Assembly: GCF_006345805.1 (NCBI RefSeq)
Contig: NC_043002.1
Span: forward strand, 89,838,001 to 89,902,000
Source of the DNA: Octopus sinensis
Lineage: Eukaryota
DNA: 64,000 nt
Direction: 5' to 3'
Of this stretch, positions 38,377 to 50,816 are shown in pieces; within the stretch, counting starts at the first letter, position 1; the number at the start of each line of letters is the position of its first letter. The notes below the pieces were generated by a model that was not told the DNA's origin, made no database searches, and saw only the letters and a program-made list of their open reading frames with translations. Both the position numbers and the translations under genes were made by a program.

Positions 38377-38562
38377 ATATATATATAGATATAGATATAT
38401 ACAACAAGCTTCTTTCAGTTTCCATCTACCAAATCCACTCACAAGGCTTTAGTCGGCCCGAGGCTATAGTAGAAGACACTTGCCCAAGGTGCCATGCAGT
38501 GGGTCTGAACCCGGAACCATGTGGCTTCTAAGCAAGCTACTTAACTACACAGCCACTCCTAC
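38087..38562 (-). mobile_element. tRNA-derived SINE family A
   Basis: Full-length reverse-complement match with expanded (TA)n. Confidence 0.88.
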
Positions 38563-38696
38563 ACCGAATTATTGAGAACAGGTTAAGTTAACTTCTACTA
38601 TTATAGATTATAATTGGTTTATTTTGTAGGATTGTCAACAAGCAGCATTTTTTAATGAATAATGTTTGTGTACACACTCGCAAACCTATATAAATA

Positions 38697-38730
<34 letters not shown>

Positions 38731-38985
38731 TTTTGTCATAAAATGCGTCTGTCTGGCTGACTGTCTTTGCATGTCTGTTTATAGCATATGTATAAATTCA
38801 CATGGAAGAAAAAGTACATGAACCAATAAGTAAAGGAAATTATGGAGAAAAAAAAACAAATGCCTAAAAAGCAAAATTGTTTTTGCTTCTTTATTTTTGA
38901 AAAAAAAAAGAAAAAACCCCATAAAATTTACCAATCCTTAAGCAGAATATTACTGGAAGTTTGACATGTGGCAAAAATACGACTT

Positions 38986-38992
38986 GTAGTAA

Positions 38993-39088
<96 letters not shown>

Positions 39089-39114
39089 CAGCAGCAGCAG
39101 CAGTAGTAGTGGTA
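38986..39114. repeat. (AGT)n/(AGC)n microsatellite
   Basis: Read directly from the sequence. Confidence 0.95.
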
Positions 39115-39383
39115 GATATTAGTGCTACACTAGCTGTTTAGATTCTGGCTTAAGTTTTGATTTCAAACATTGTAGTAGTTGTTGTTATTGATGTTTGGAC
39201 TACGGTGCCACCTGGTGACTAACTTACACAGTTACAACAGCCGGAAAAGAGCTGACATGGTACTAGGATATTATTTCTTTACTACACAAACAAACACAAA
39301 CAGGAGGAGGAGGTCGTGTTTCATATTTTATTTTGATTGTTATGTATTTCTGTATATTTTTGCATATTATTGTCTATGTATGT

Positions 39384-39453
<70 letters not shown>

Positions 39454-39533
39454 TATTATAAACACACACACACATATCTATATATATATTATTGTAAATG
39501 CACATGTGCATGCGCATGCACACACACACATGT

Positions 39534-39571
<38 letters not shown>

Positions 39572-39961
39572 AAACTTATACAAAGTAAATATGGTATGTT
39601 TTTTTCTTACTTTTTGACTCTTTAGTTTTGCTAGTTCATTCATTTAGCTCTCACTAAGAAATTTTTCTTTCCTTCTTTTCTTTCTTCCTCCCCCCCTTCT
39701 GTCTAACTGTCTGTCTGTCTATCTGTCTCTCTCTCTGTGTTTCATCAGTTGAACATAAGGTAGAACAGTTGCTGTGATGTTGATGCCTATTGAAGCTGGA
39801 ACATGTCCTCAACTGTCCTCTTAATTTTGTAGAATTCTAATTCTCCCCTTCTCATTTGTAGGTGGTACCAAACTACTTTGGAAATGAGGATATTTTCAAT
39901 ACATCTAGAGTTTATTTTATGTCATTAAATATACCCTATTCCACTTATATGTATATATCTG

Positions 39962-39992
<31 letters not shown>

Positions 39993-40022
39993 GTTGTATA
40001 TATATATATATATATATATATA

Positions 40023-40258
40023 CAGAGTGACCCAAAAGTAGGTTTACAGTTATTCAACTATCTCTTTTGCATTCATATCTTAACAGTTTAGATCTTAAAT
40101 ATGAAAAAATATGAAACCGTTATTCTATGCTAATTTACTTAATTTTGTCAAGCTCCGTTTTCATTTTGTAAGATAGAAATTTAAATGTAATAAAATATTC
40201 TAAAAGAAATTTCAAATGCCTATGTGATAACTGTAAACCTACTTTTGGGGCCACCCTA
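40023..40258. mobile_element. Tc1/mariner-type MITE
   Basis: TIRs CAGAGTGACCCAAAAGTAGGTTTACAGTTAT and ATAACTGTAAACCTACTTTTGGGGCCACCCTA; TA on both sides. Confidence 0.85.
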
Positions 40259-40474
40259 TATATATGCATATATACATACGTCTATGTACATACTTACATT
40301 TATACGTATATATATATATATATATATATAAATATAAGAGAGTTAACGTTAAGTGGCTAACTCTAGTGCTAGAAATAGCTCCTTATTCTGGTATAGCCAC
40401 CGAAGATTGTTTCCACAGAAGAAATAACATTACCTTCAACGTAAGGGAAGCGAAATACAACGAAAAGATAGATT

Positions 40475-40552
40475 AATACTGAACAATTGTTTCTTTATCA
40501 ACATAATATGCAATTATACTCACATATATGTCTATAATTCATCAGCAGTATT
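40475..40552 (-). ncRNA. Candidate type I hammerhead ribozyme, canonical core
   Basis: Minus strand: AATACTG-CTGATGA-(AT-rich stem II region)-GAAA-CAATTG-TT-CAGTATT; perfect 7-bp stem I, palindromic stem III, GUU cleavage triplet; stem II is weak. Confidence 0.65.
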
Positions 40553-40753
40553 TGTTCTCGATACAATTTATCAGACCCACACGGGCGATAAAATACTCAT
40601 GCGGTCTGATTGATTGCATACATAGTTGTGGTTTAGCTTCCCGCCAAAAGCATGCTAAGACTCCGTGGAAATCAATACCGCATACAATATTTGCTGCAGC
40701 ATACTTATTTTATAAATTTATAAATGAGGGTGAAAAATTAGATATTAATTTAA

Positions 40754-40946
40754 CCCTTTATATATTCTACATGTTTTATATTCAAACTGGCGAGGTCTAG
40801 CCTCTCACACCTAACCTACAATGCCATTCTAAAAATAAGTAATCACATCATTGAAACCTCAAAGCTGTAAGATGATCCAGGATTAATTCAAAACAATTTG
40901 AGTGAAAAAGTATTACATTTAACAGAGTAATCTGAACACTAAAGGG
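40754..40946. mobile_element. TTAA-flanked piggyBac-type MITE nested at the inversion junction
   Basis: TTAA|CCCTTTA ... TAAAGGG|TTAA. Confidence 0.8.
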
Positions 40947-41084
40947 TTAAGAGTTAGCCACTTAACGTTAACTCTCTTATATTTATGTATAAATTTGTAC
41001 TGTCTCCCTGGTTTCTATGTGCTAGGCCACTTGGTGTTAAACTGACGATATTATTAAATTAATATCTAATTTTTCACCCTCATT

Positions 41085-41132
<48 letters not shown>

Positions 41133-41789
41133 TATGTGGGCACAGGACATCATGAAACAGTACGAAGCATGAGTACATGAAACATGAACTATTCTTCCGA
41201 ACAAGACACACTTGGAAAGCAAAACAAGCATAAAAAATGACCCTTCATCAGTTGTTGGCTGTTTTTCTAGTCTTGTATTTCAAACATTTAACAACAATAT
41301 ACACTTTTGATTATATTTCCACTTTTAAGTTATCTTTATAGATTTTCTATAGAATTCAGAACCAAACAATGAACATAGCAATCAACATGTAGTTGGCAAT
41401 GTATATATTTAATAACAGATTGACTCAGATCATCATTAACCTTTTTGCATAACAAGTTATTGCATATGTACATACACATATATTAAATTAAAGAAGCTAT
41501 TTAAAATCAAGTTAAAAGGTAACAACAAAACATTTCTTAATTAATGAAGAGACTCGACACTGAAAGTTAATTAAAATTTATTACTGAATTCATTTTAATC
41601 GGCATTTTAAGTTTCGGCTGACAGCTTATTCAACCCGTCTGGTTGGATGATTCATCAGGCAAAATTTTGTAAATTTCGAAGTCCCAGTCAGAATGAATTT
41701 TATGAAATATATCATTATCATCATCACCACCTTCACCATCATCATTTTAATGTCCACCTTTTCTATGCTAGTTGAATGAACTGATCCTT

Positions 41790-42021
41790 GTATTTATCAT
41801 TTTTTTAAGCCTGGTACTTACTCTGTCAATGTCATTTGCTGAACTGCTAAGTTACAGGAACATAAACATAAGAACATCAGTTGTCAAGCAGTAGTGGGGG
41901 ACAAACACAAACACAAAGAAATGCACACACACACACACACACATGATGGGCTTCTTTCAATTTCCATCTACTAAACCCACTCACAAGACTTTGGTCACCC
42001 TGAGGCAATAGTAGAAGACAT
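41790..42021 (-). mobile_element. SINE family A, partial
   Basis: Matches the family A body. Confidence 0.7.
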
Positions 42022-42099
42022 TGTGCATACATACGTACACACATGCATATATATATATCTACCTGTGAATCTGTGTTTGAGTGTGTGTGTGTATGTGTT

Positions 42100-42143
<44 letters not shown>

Positions 42144-42464
42144 CCTTTATTAGACTATTTTCCTTAGTCATTGCACAGTGATTACCGTAAGATTTAAGTT
42201 TATATAAATACCATTATTATTATTTGCAGGATTGTAAAACATGGTGCTGTATAGCAAAACTACTAAACTATTTGCACTGAAAGCATATATGAGTGAGTGG
42301 ACAAAACAAAGAAGTGCACAGCATATTTAGTAGGGGTTCACTAATATACATTATTGGAAACAGTTAGCTTTGGTCCCATGCAACTTAGTTTTATAGGTTC
42401 CTTATAGAAAGTTGCATCAGGCTGAATGAGATTGTTTTAAATAATAATAATAATAATAATAATG

Positions 42465-42517
<53 letters not shown>

Positions 42518-42520
<3 letters not shown>

Positions 42521-43163
42521 CCTATCTACTAAAAGCATGAAACCTGAAATTTTGGGGAGAGGTGAAGTTGATTTTATTGACCCTAGTGTTTCTCTTGTAC
42601 TTATTTTATTGACTCCTAAAGGAGGAAAGGTAAAGTTGGTTGTGGTGGAATTTGAACTCAGAATGTAAGGAGGGATGAAATGGTGCTAAGCATTTTGCCT
42701 GGCATGCTGATGATTCTTATTTCTTTATTGCCTACAAGGGGTTAAACATACAGGGGACAAACATAGGGATTAAGTCGAATACATTGATCCCAGTGCGTAA
42801 CTGGTACTTAATTTATCGATCTCGAAAGGATGAAAGGCAAAGTTGACCTCGGCGGAATTTGAACTCAGAACATAAAGGCAGTCGCAATACCGCTAAGTTT
42901 TTCACCCGTCGTGCTAACGTTTCTGCCAGCTCGCCACCTTTAATAATCCTTTCTACTAAAAGCACAAGCCCCGGAACTTTGGGGTTAGAGAATAGTTGAT
43001 TACATTGACCTTGGTGTTTCACTTGTACTTTATTTATTGACCCCACAAAAGGATGAAGGGCAAAGTTGACCGCGGCAGAATTTGAACTCAGATCGTAAAG
43101 AAGGATGAAATACAACTAAGCATTTTGTCCAGCTTGCTAACAATTCTGCCAGCTTGCTGCCTT
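42518..43163 (-). mobile_element. Three head-to-tail SINE family D copies
   Basis: GGAATTTGAACTCAGAA-type core recurs at about 42650, 42855 and 43080; preceded by (AAT)n at 42440-42519. Confidence 0.8.
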
Positions 43164-43176
43164 ACTACTACTACTA

Positions 43177-43225
<49 letters not shown>

Positions 43226-43343
43226 TGATGATAATGATGATGTGTTTCTGTTTTTGTATTCTTTAAACTAGTGATTCATATTTGTTGAGATGTTGACCTT
43301 CTCAAACTATAAAAGACATTGGCACCATATCCGAGGGAATATA

Positions 43344-43581
43344 AGGGGTTGGTGCATAATTTTTGTGGCTTTTTCTCAACAAATTTTAGCCACCAAAAAC
43401 AATAACAATATTTAACAAAAACGTCTTTAAATGATGGTCTGGCTGTCTGCCAAGCAAATGGGAAGCAGTAATTGAAGTAGATGGTGAATATGCTCCAGAA
43501 TAATCATTTAAAGATGTTTTTGTTACATGTTGTTATTGATTTTATTGAAAAAAAAGCTGCAATAATTATGCACCAACCCAA
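43344..43581. mobile_element. mariner-type MITE
   Basis: TIRs GGGTTGGTGCATAATTTTTGTGGC and GCTGCAATAATTATGCACCAACCC; TA flanks. Confidence 0.8.
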
Positions 43582-43787
43582 TAGTAACAGTTCTAATGTA
43601 TTTCATAGATTTTTTGTTGGAATAATCCAGCAATATTTTTCTATTTTTAAATTTTGGATTTATTTTATTTTTTATTATGTTTTAGGGATTTTCATTAGGA
43701 CAATCCTTTACAGGAAGGAATACATTGTATACATTCTTGTTTTTGAAATGCCATCTCTCTTGGGAAGCTAACATATTCATTATATTT

Positions 43788-44026
43788 TTAACCCTTTAGC
43801 ATTCAGATTATTCTCTGAAATGTTCTGCTTTTTTTTATTCACGTTGTTTTTAATTCATCTTGCATTATGTTATTGCTTCAAAATTAGTTTCACAATTTTG
43901 ATGATGAGATTCTATATTTTGTAGTGGCATTGAAGGGTAGGTGTGATAGGCTGGATCTGGCCTGTTAGAACATAAAGCAGGAAGCATATTTAGGCTGGAT
44001 ATGGCTGATTTAAATACTAAAGGGTT
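43788..44026. mobile_element. piggyBac-type MITE
   Basis: TTAACCCTTTAGCATT ... AATACTAAAGGGTT. Confidence 0.7.
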
Positions 44027-44630
44027 CGTGTGGCTAACATCACTCATATTTCTGTGTGGCAAACAACCGTTTCATCATTTCAGAGTTGATAAATTAAGCA
44101 CCAGTTATGCACTGGAGTCGATGTAATTGACTTAATCTCTTTGTCTGTCCTTGTTTGTCCCCTCTATGTTTAGCCCCTTGTGGGCAATAAAGAAATATGA
44201 AAAAAAAAAAAAAATTAATGTAGTGGCTTGTTATTGTTGCTTAGTTCTAGTTCAGCTCTGATCATGCAGAGCTATGATCAAAAGCTTTCCTGCTGTGGCC
44301 ATCCTGAATTTTCAGGACATCTAGTTGTATATAATTCAAAGTCTTTGCTTTTTAAGACAATGAAGTGTGATGACAGATATTTGGCTACTATTTCTAGCAG
44401 ATATGTGTGGTATAGCAACTATTTTCTAGCTTAATTCAGTAGCTTGTTGTTTGTCCTGGTTCACCCTTGATCATGCAGAACTATGATCAAAGGCTTTCCT
44501 GCTGTGACCATCCTGAGTTTTTAGGACATCTAGTAATACATAATCCAAAGTTTTTTCCTTTTATAAGACAATGCAGTGTGATGAGAGATATTTGGCTACT
44601 ATTTCTAGCAGATAAAGTGACTATGTAGAG

Positions 44631-44958
44631 CAATATTTCCCAACATTTTTACCCCCAGGCCCCACTATAACTTTCCAGAAAAGTGTGAGCCCCACTAGTG
44701 GTTGGAAAAAACAACTTTATCTTTAATATTTCATAATTATAAACTTTCCTTAAAGGGCTCTACTGTGGCAAACAGTCTACACACAATATGCTTGGCTGGA
44801 GGGATTGGTTTGGCTAGGCTGAGTATAGGTGTAGTATGTCTGCTGTAAAAAAAAAAAGATACTCACAATTCCATGTCCCGCTAAAAAAGGAAAAGAAAAA
44901 AATATTTGGATTCCCGGGCTCCACTAGTAAGGTGTATGCTCCATGTTGGGAATCAATG
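44631..44958. mobile_element. hAT (Charlie-like) MITE
   Basis: CAATATTTCCCAACAT and ATGTTGGGAATCAATG ends; 8-bp TSD ATGTAGAG/ATGTAGAA. Confidence 0.65.
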
Positions 44959-44996
44959 ATGTAGAAGCTGCTTTGTTGCTTTAATCTTTATCTACA

Positions 44997-45838
44997 TCTA
45001 ATCTATAAAATGAAGAAGGTGAACGTTGATAATAAAATTGGATTTATATGTTAAAAGGGGTCTAAATGGGGCTGGAAGGGGATTCAAATTTACAGGAGGG
45101 GGTAACTTGTGGTGAGAAATTGATTGGGAGACGTTTTGGGGGTGCTACAGTGGTTGTTTTGGTGTGAAAATGGGGATATTTTTGATTTTTGGGAACACTT
45201 GGGGGTCTAGATTGGACACCTTTTTCAATCAAATTTTCAACATGGTGAAGTGGAAGTGGATTTGTAATTAAAGTGTGGAAAATGGGTTCAAAATTTTGAA
45301 AATTAAGGCAAGATGTTTGAAGTTGAAAAAAACTTCTCATTTTTACGTATTTTTGCCTTTTGTTTTTTACTGTTTACAGTTTTCATTTTTTCTGAAAGAA
45401 ATTTACAGCTGCATTTAGCCCGTGTTTAGAGCTTCCATTTGCATGGTCAGTCGTTGAAAAATTCCCAAAATAAGTACTAAATTTAACAAAGAAATCCTTT
45501 TTTCCCTTATTTTTAATTGCTCAAGTAGTGGCACGTACAAAAGGCAAGCATGCTTTCTGTTATCACTACCTGATATTTATGATTGATCTTTCAAAATATT
45601 TTCTTTCTTCTCAACTTACTCAAGATCTTTTGTTTTTTATAAATGGGAGAGAAATAAATAGAGAAAGATAGAGAGTAAGAGAAAACGAGGGAGAGTCCGA
45701 GAGAAAGGAAGAGTAAGAGAGTGGGAAAGTGAGAGAGAAAGGAGAGAGAAACAAAGAGGGAGAATGTGGTGATAAGAAACAGTAAGGAAGTCACAACCAC
45801 ACCCTCATCCGTGCGTAGAGCGGGTCACCTTAAGCTAG
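44997..45838 (+). mobile_element. Non-autonomous Helitron
   Basis: A|TCTAATCTATAAAATG start; 3' hairpin-like CCGTGCGTAGAGCGGG then CTAG|T. Confidence 0.7.
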
Positions 45839-45952
45839 TTATATATAAGATAATAAAGGCAGTGAACTGGCAGAAGCATTAGCATACCAGACAAAATGCT
45901 TGGCAGCATTTCTTTTGTCTCTTCATGTTCTGAGTTCAATTGTTACCAAGGT

Positions 45953-46378
45953 CTCTCTTTACTCTTTACTCTTTTACTTGTTTCAGTCATTTTGACTGCG
46001 GCCATGCTGGAGCACCGCCTTTAGTCGAGCAAATCGACCCCGGGACTTATTCTTTGTAAGCCCAGTACTTATTCTATCGGTCTCTTTTGCCGAACCGCTA
46101 AGTGACGGGGACATAAACACACCAGCATCGGTTGTCAAGCAATGCTAGGGGGACAAACACAGACACACAAACATATACACACACATACATATATATATTT
46201 ATATACATATATATGACAGGCTTCTTTCAGTTTCCGTCTACCAAATCCACTCACAAGGCATTGGTCGGCCCGGGGCTATAGCAGAAGACACTTGCCCAAG
46301 ATGCCACCCAGTGGGACTGAACCCGGAACCATGTGGTTGGTTAGCAAGCTACTTACCACACAGCCACTCCTGCGCCTA
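45953..46378 (-). mobile_element. Near-consensus SINE family A nested in a family D SINE (45857-46495)
   Basis: CpG-rich reverse-complement match to 13066-13487; flanks are the two halves of a family D copy. Confidence 0.9.
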
Positions 46379-48251
46379 TCTTTTCCTTTCATCTTTTCAG
46401 GATTCAATAGGTACTGATTGAGCACTGGGGTTGATGTAATTGACTAGCACCCTCCAAAAATATTTCAGGCTTTGTGTCTATAATAGAAAGAGTTATTATA
46501 TAATGTTATTGGTAATTATTTCTTGCTTTCGGATAACAAAGACACGCCCTTCTAGAAATGTTTTTATCAGAAGTTTAGATTTATCACCATAGTTATCAAT
46601 AATAGACTCCACTCCAACTCTAATACGGTCATTCTTATTTTTAATTAATTTATGTTTCAGATTTACCTCCCTTGCCTCTATTGACCAAGTTAACAATTAT
46701 TTCTTATCACTACAGGTGTAACTTTAATTAAAATACATTAGTTCACCCTACTGTGTAAGTAATGAATTAATTAGATACTAAGTTAATATCCTCACCAGCT
46801 TCTTTCTGTGGTAGCTATCTTCTTTTGTACAATGCACATGATTGTATATATTATTACAAAGAATTTCCTTGCTTCTAATTATCGCACAGCTATGGTTGAT
46901 GACACAGCTGTGTGGTTATCTCTGTGGCTTCTATTTGTCATTATTGACCATGGATGAAGGTACCAGTTGTCCACTCTGCTGGAACAGCTTTGTCTATAAC
47001 TAAACAGGCTAATATGCGAATGGCACTCTCCGCCACACACGCCACACTTGTAGGCTTCTCTGTACCATTTGAGTTATAGTGTCCATTTCCTTGGATCTGT
47101 CTTCAACTACATTCATCTGTCTCTTCACCAAAGGGTATTCAATAGGATCCAAGCCCAGGCAGCATGGTAGGCTTGCCTGTGCAGCAGGTTGTTACCTTTG
47201 CATGTACCCCCTCTCATTCCATGGTGGGAACAACAATGGCCATTACAATCTGGCATCACTATTATTGTAGGAGTTGTTAGAACAAGGTTGGAGACAATGT
47301 TAAACTGTCTCAGGGGTTCTGACTCACAATTTTACCTCGAAGTTTACTCCCAAAGCCTTTCCAATGGCTGGATATGGCTACAAGACAGCAGAGGTTTGGA
47401 ATCAGGGTTTTCTTTCCCTTAGATGGATTGTGCCTATTCCTTCCCAGCTAACATGCTCCATCTACCTGACTGCCTTACTAATTAACCCATAGCTGGGATT
47501 CTGACAGGTGCTGCTATTCCAGATCAAAGTAGATCTGGGAACAATAGTGGCTAAGAGGTGGTTCCACTCTCCTCAAAATTCTGGAATTCCTGAACCAGAG
47601 CCCCACTACCAAATGCAGTTTCAAGTCCTACTCAGGACCCTCATTGCTTTGTACCTTATGTGAAGCAGCGCAATCAAATGCCTTTTACCATATTGATGTG
47701 TCAGCCAAAGAACTGTGAGTGAAATTTGGTTGACAGAAACTGTAGAAAGTTTTCAGAAGAACTTCTACCTGATTCATGGGTACCTGTAACCATTTAGCAT
47801 TTAAACTGACCATATCTGGCCAAAATATTCTACCTGTTTTATGCTCAAACTGGCCAGATTTGGTCTCTCACACCATCCCTAAAATATCATTAAAAAAATT
47901 AACAATTACCTCATCAGAATATCAAAGCTACAAGGTAATGTATGACTAATTGAAAATAGTGTGAATTCGTAAGTGTAGCATTTGACAGAATAATGTAAAT
48001 GTTAAAGGGTCAATGGAGTTCCCTCTGTAACTATTTTAGCCAGGACTCTGGTCTAAATATTATTTTCTGCCTTTTATCTTCCATAAATTTTTATAGGTGC
48101 TGCGTTGAGTTACCAAAAACAAAATTTATACATTTGTATGTCTGTTATGTATGACACTTAATCTCTCAGTTATTATTGATATTCTACAAAGCTTAGATGA
48201 GGTATGCAATAGAGACAGTGTTGTTGCTGCACACAGATACGTTGATGAAAA

Positions 48252-48594
48252 GGGCCTCCCAACTGATTGGCATGAAGTTAATCACACTCCAGCCTCTCTT
48301 GGGCCTCCCAACTGATTGGCATGAAGTTAATCACACTCCAGCCTCTCTTGGGCCTCCCAACTGATTGGCATGAAGTTAATCACACTCCAGCCTCTCTTGG
48401 GCCTCCCAACTGATTGGCATGAAGTCAATCACACTCCAGTCTCTCTTGGGCTTCCCAACTGATTGGCATGAAGTTAATCACACTCCAGCCTCTCTTGGGC
48501 CTCCCAACTGATTGGCATGAAGTTAATCACACTCCAGCCTCTCTTGGGCCTCCCAACTGATTGGCATGAAGTTAATCACACTCCAGCCTCTCTT
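48252..48594. repeat. 49-bp minisatellite, 7 copies
   Basis: GGGCCTCCCAACTGATTGGCATGAAGTTAATCACACTCCAGCCTCTCTT repeated almost perfectly; no spacers. Confidence 0.97.
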
Positions 48595-50262
48595 TGTCTC
48601 TCTGCCTTTCTTATTACTACTCATGCCTCAGCTCCTCAGAGCTGGTTGGTCTCACGTTAATTCCTGGTGCTCCTAGCTCACTTGTCTCTCCTCTTCTCAT
48701 CATCCTTCTTGCTCATATATCTCTTAGGCTTCACACTAAGCAGTATTCCCTGTCCTTCCTCTCTAGACTTTCATCCCTCTGGAACTCCCCTCTCTGCCCA
48801 TGTTTTCTCACAAGCGTTGAATTGCAATAGTGCAAGAGCAACTAGGACTTCAATCTCACTGATCTCTGAGAGTCTGTGAAAGTCATAAGCATACCCTTTT
48901 TCTTCAGATCTGACAATTAATGGTAAAGAACCCACCAAAATATCAGCTAATTAGCTGAGTGGAATAGAGGTAGGTAAGACAGTTTAAAAATGGGTTGGGT
49001 GGTATCAGGGTCCATAGTTTATATATACCAGATAGATGAGTAAATTGATTACACTAAGGTAGAAATGTTGAGTGAAGAAAGAGTGCCATCAGTTTGTGGT
49101 TGATGCAACATAAACTAGACATAGGGTAAATAGAAAACAAATGTAGGTTAGTTATACTAATTTGCTGGTAACTAAGATATGTGAGTCTGAAACTTTATGT
49201 TTAGAATAAACAGTAGGACACTCTACTGTGCAATCTTTTGTCAGCAAAGAGAAAATAAATGACATTAAAGCAATGTAATTTAGGATTTCAGTTTGTCTAT
49301 TCCTGAATTATTTATCTGATTTATCTTACATTAGTTTTGAAAAAGAATTAAATTTATTCATTCTTTTGTTTTTAATGAATGATTAAATTATTCTCTATTT
49401 TTGTCCTCAGTTTTTATCCGTTTAATTAGTATGGTTCTCTAATGTTTCTGGTGATTATATTTTCTATTGTTTCTCTCTTTCTGATATACTTTAATGTAAT
49501 TAGTCCTTCCTATGTATACAATTTTGGATATTTTACCTACAGATTATATTAGATAGCTGATAGCAGTGTGTGCGTGTGTGCATGTATGCATGTGTGCATG
49601 TGTGTGTTTGTTTTAACTTTGTTACAAAATTAACTTAAATATTATTTCCTGTCACATCTTTGTGTTAAGAGTAAACTTTGGAAGCTTCTCTATCTCTTAT
49701 GTTCACAAACTAGGTAACTATCTAAAGTAATAAGCAAAGATCTTTTCTTGGATCACAAACATATGTTTTGAATATGTAATTGTAATACAATATTGATGTT
49801 CTGAAAGGAAACATTCCTCTTGTTAGTCTTAGTTTCAGATTTACAATTACAGGTTTACATGTCCATATGTGAATTATCTTTGTAATGTATAACATTTCCC
49901 ACCAAGATTGGTTTGTCCAGTAAATTTCCTTCTCACAGCTGAGCCAGATTAAATAATTGCTGGGCTCTAGCTCTTTACTTCTACTGGGTTGCAAATATTG
50001 AGACCCATTGTCATATCTGATCTTAGGCTTGTTTGATCAGGACTGACTTGGGATTAAATAAAACCAATGTTCATTACAAGTACAGTTTATTTTCTCCTTC
50101 ATCAATGAAGATTTTCTCTTCAAATATTTCATCAAATATTCCCACATTCAGTAGAAATTCTTAAACTGATATACATTAATGCATACAAACTCATTAAGAC
50201 AAGGATATATCTATTGTATGTCTTGACCAAGCTTTTGTCCAGTAGCTGTTTATTGTACTTAT

Positions 50263-50600
50263 TCATTACCCTGCATATGTAAGTGAAAGTAAGGGTATTG
50301 TAGTTGTTCATCTTTGTCTGTTTATCTGTGTGTTTGCAAAATTACTGAAAAACGGCTGAACGGATTTTCACTAAATTTGGCAGAAATACTCATTGAGTGA
50401 GTGACTCGAACTCATTAAATGTTGGTCAGGTGAATCAAAATGTTTTTTTTTTCTTTGTTACATATGCATATGCAATAAGCAGGGGAAATAACTCTTGATG
50501 TCATTTTGTTGAAATATGAATTCATCTGAGATTATTAAATTAAATTATATTTTATCCTTGTGTGCACACAGGGTAGGCATTGCGCCTCAATGCCTTTTTT
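50263..50600 (+). mobile_element. HINE/DINE-1-like element
   Basis: ATTACCCTG start, (TCTG)n-like tract, AAACGGCTGAACGGATTTTCACTAAATTTGG core, and end CAGGGTA plus hairpin GGCATTG-CGCCT-CAATGCC before a T run. Confidence 0.65.
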
Positions 50601-50816
50601 CCATTAATCTTTTGTCCATCTCCTATGCTTGCAGTTGCATTGCATGATAGGGTTTTGCAAGTTCCTTAATTTAATATGGCATTCTTTGCTTGGAATTTAA
50701 TATTGAGCAAGGTGTGATATGCTATCTGAATTACAATTTTATTATTTTCCTCCCCTCACTCAGTCCATGTAACATTTAAAGACATTCTTAAATAAAACTG
50801 CTTTATTTCTTTGCTG

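Larger units (their letters stand above)
40328..41090. mobile_element. Penelope/retrozyme-like element with internal inversion
   Basis: Two interleaved perfect 37-bp inverted-repeat pairs (40328-40364/40950-40986 and 40717-40753/41054-41090) around a hammerhead motif. Confidence 0.6.

Noticed and set aside
41140-41310. Minus-strand CTGATGAAGGG with an upstream GAAA as a possible type II hammerhead
   Set aside because: Stems I, II and III could not be paired convincingly.
42230-42293. Possible plus-strand small exon (TTTGCAG ... GTGAGT), with similar cases near 52263 and 63792
   Set aside because: No consistent reading frame or recognisable product links them.
46520-46610. Minus-strand GATAAC..GTTATCC-GAAAGC as a hammerhead remnant
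   Set aside because: No intact core next to the stem and no stem I; too degenerate to call.
48252-48594. Regular repeat array resembling CRISPR
   Set aside because: Units are contiguous with no unique spacers, there are no cas genes, and the context is eukaryotic.
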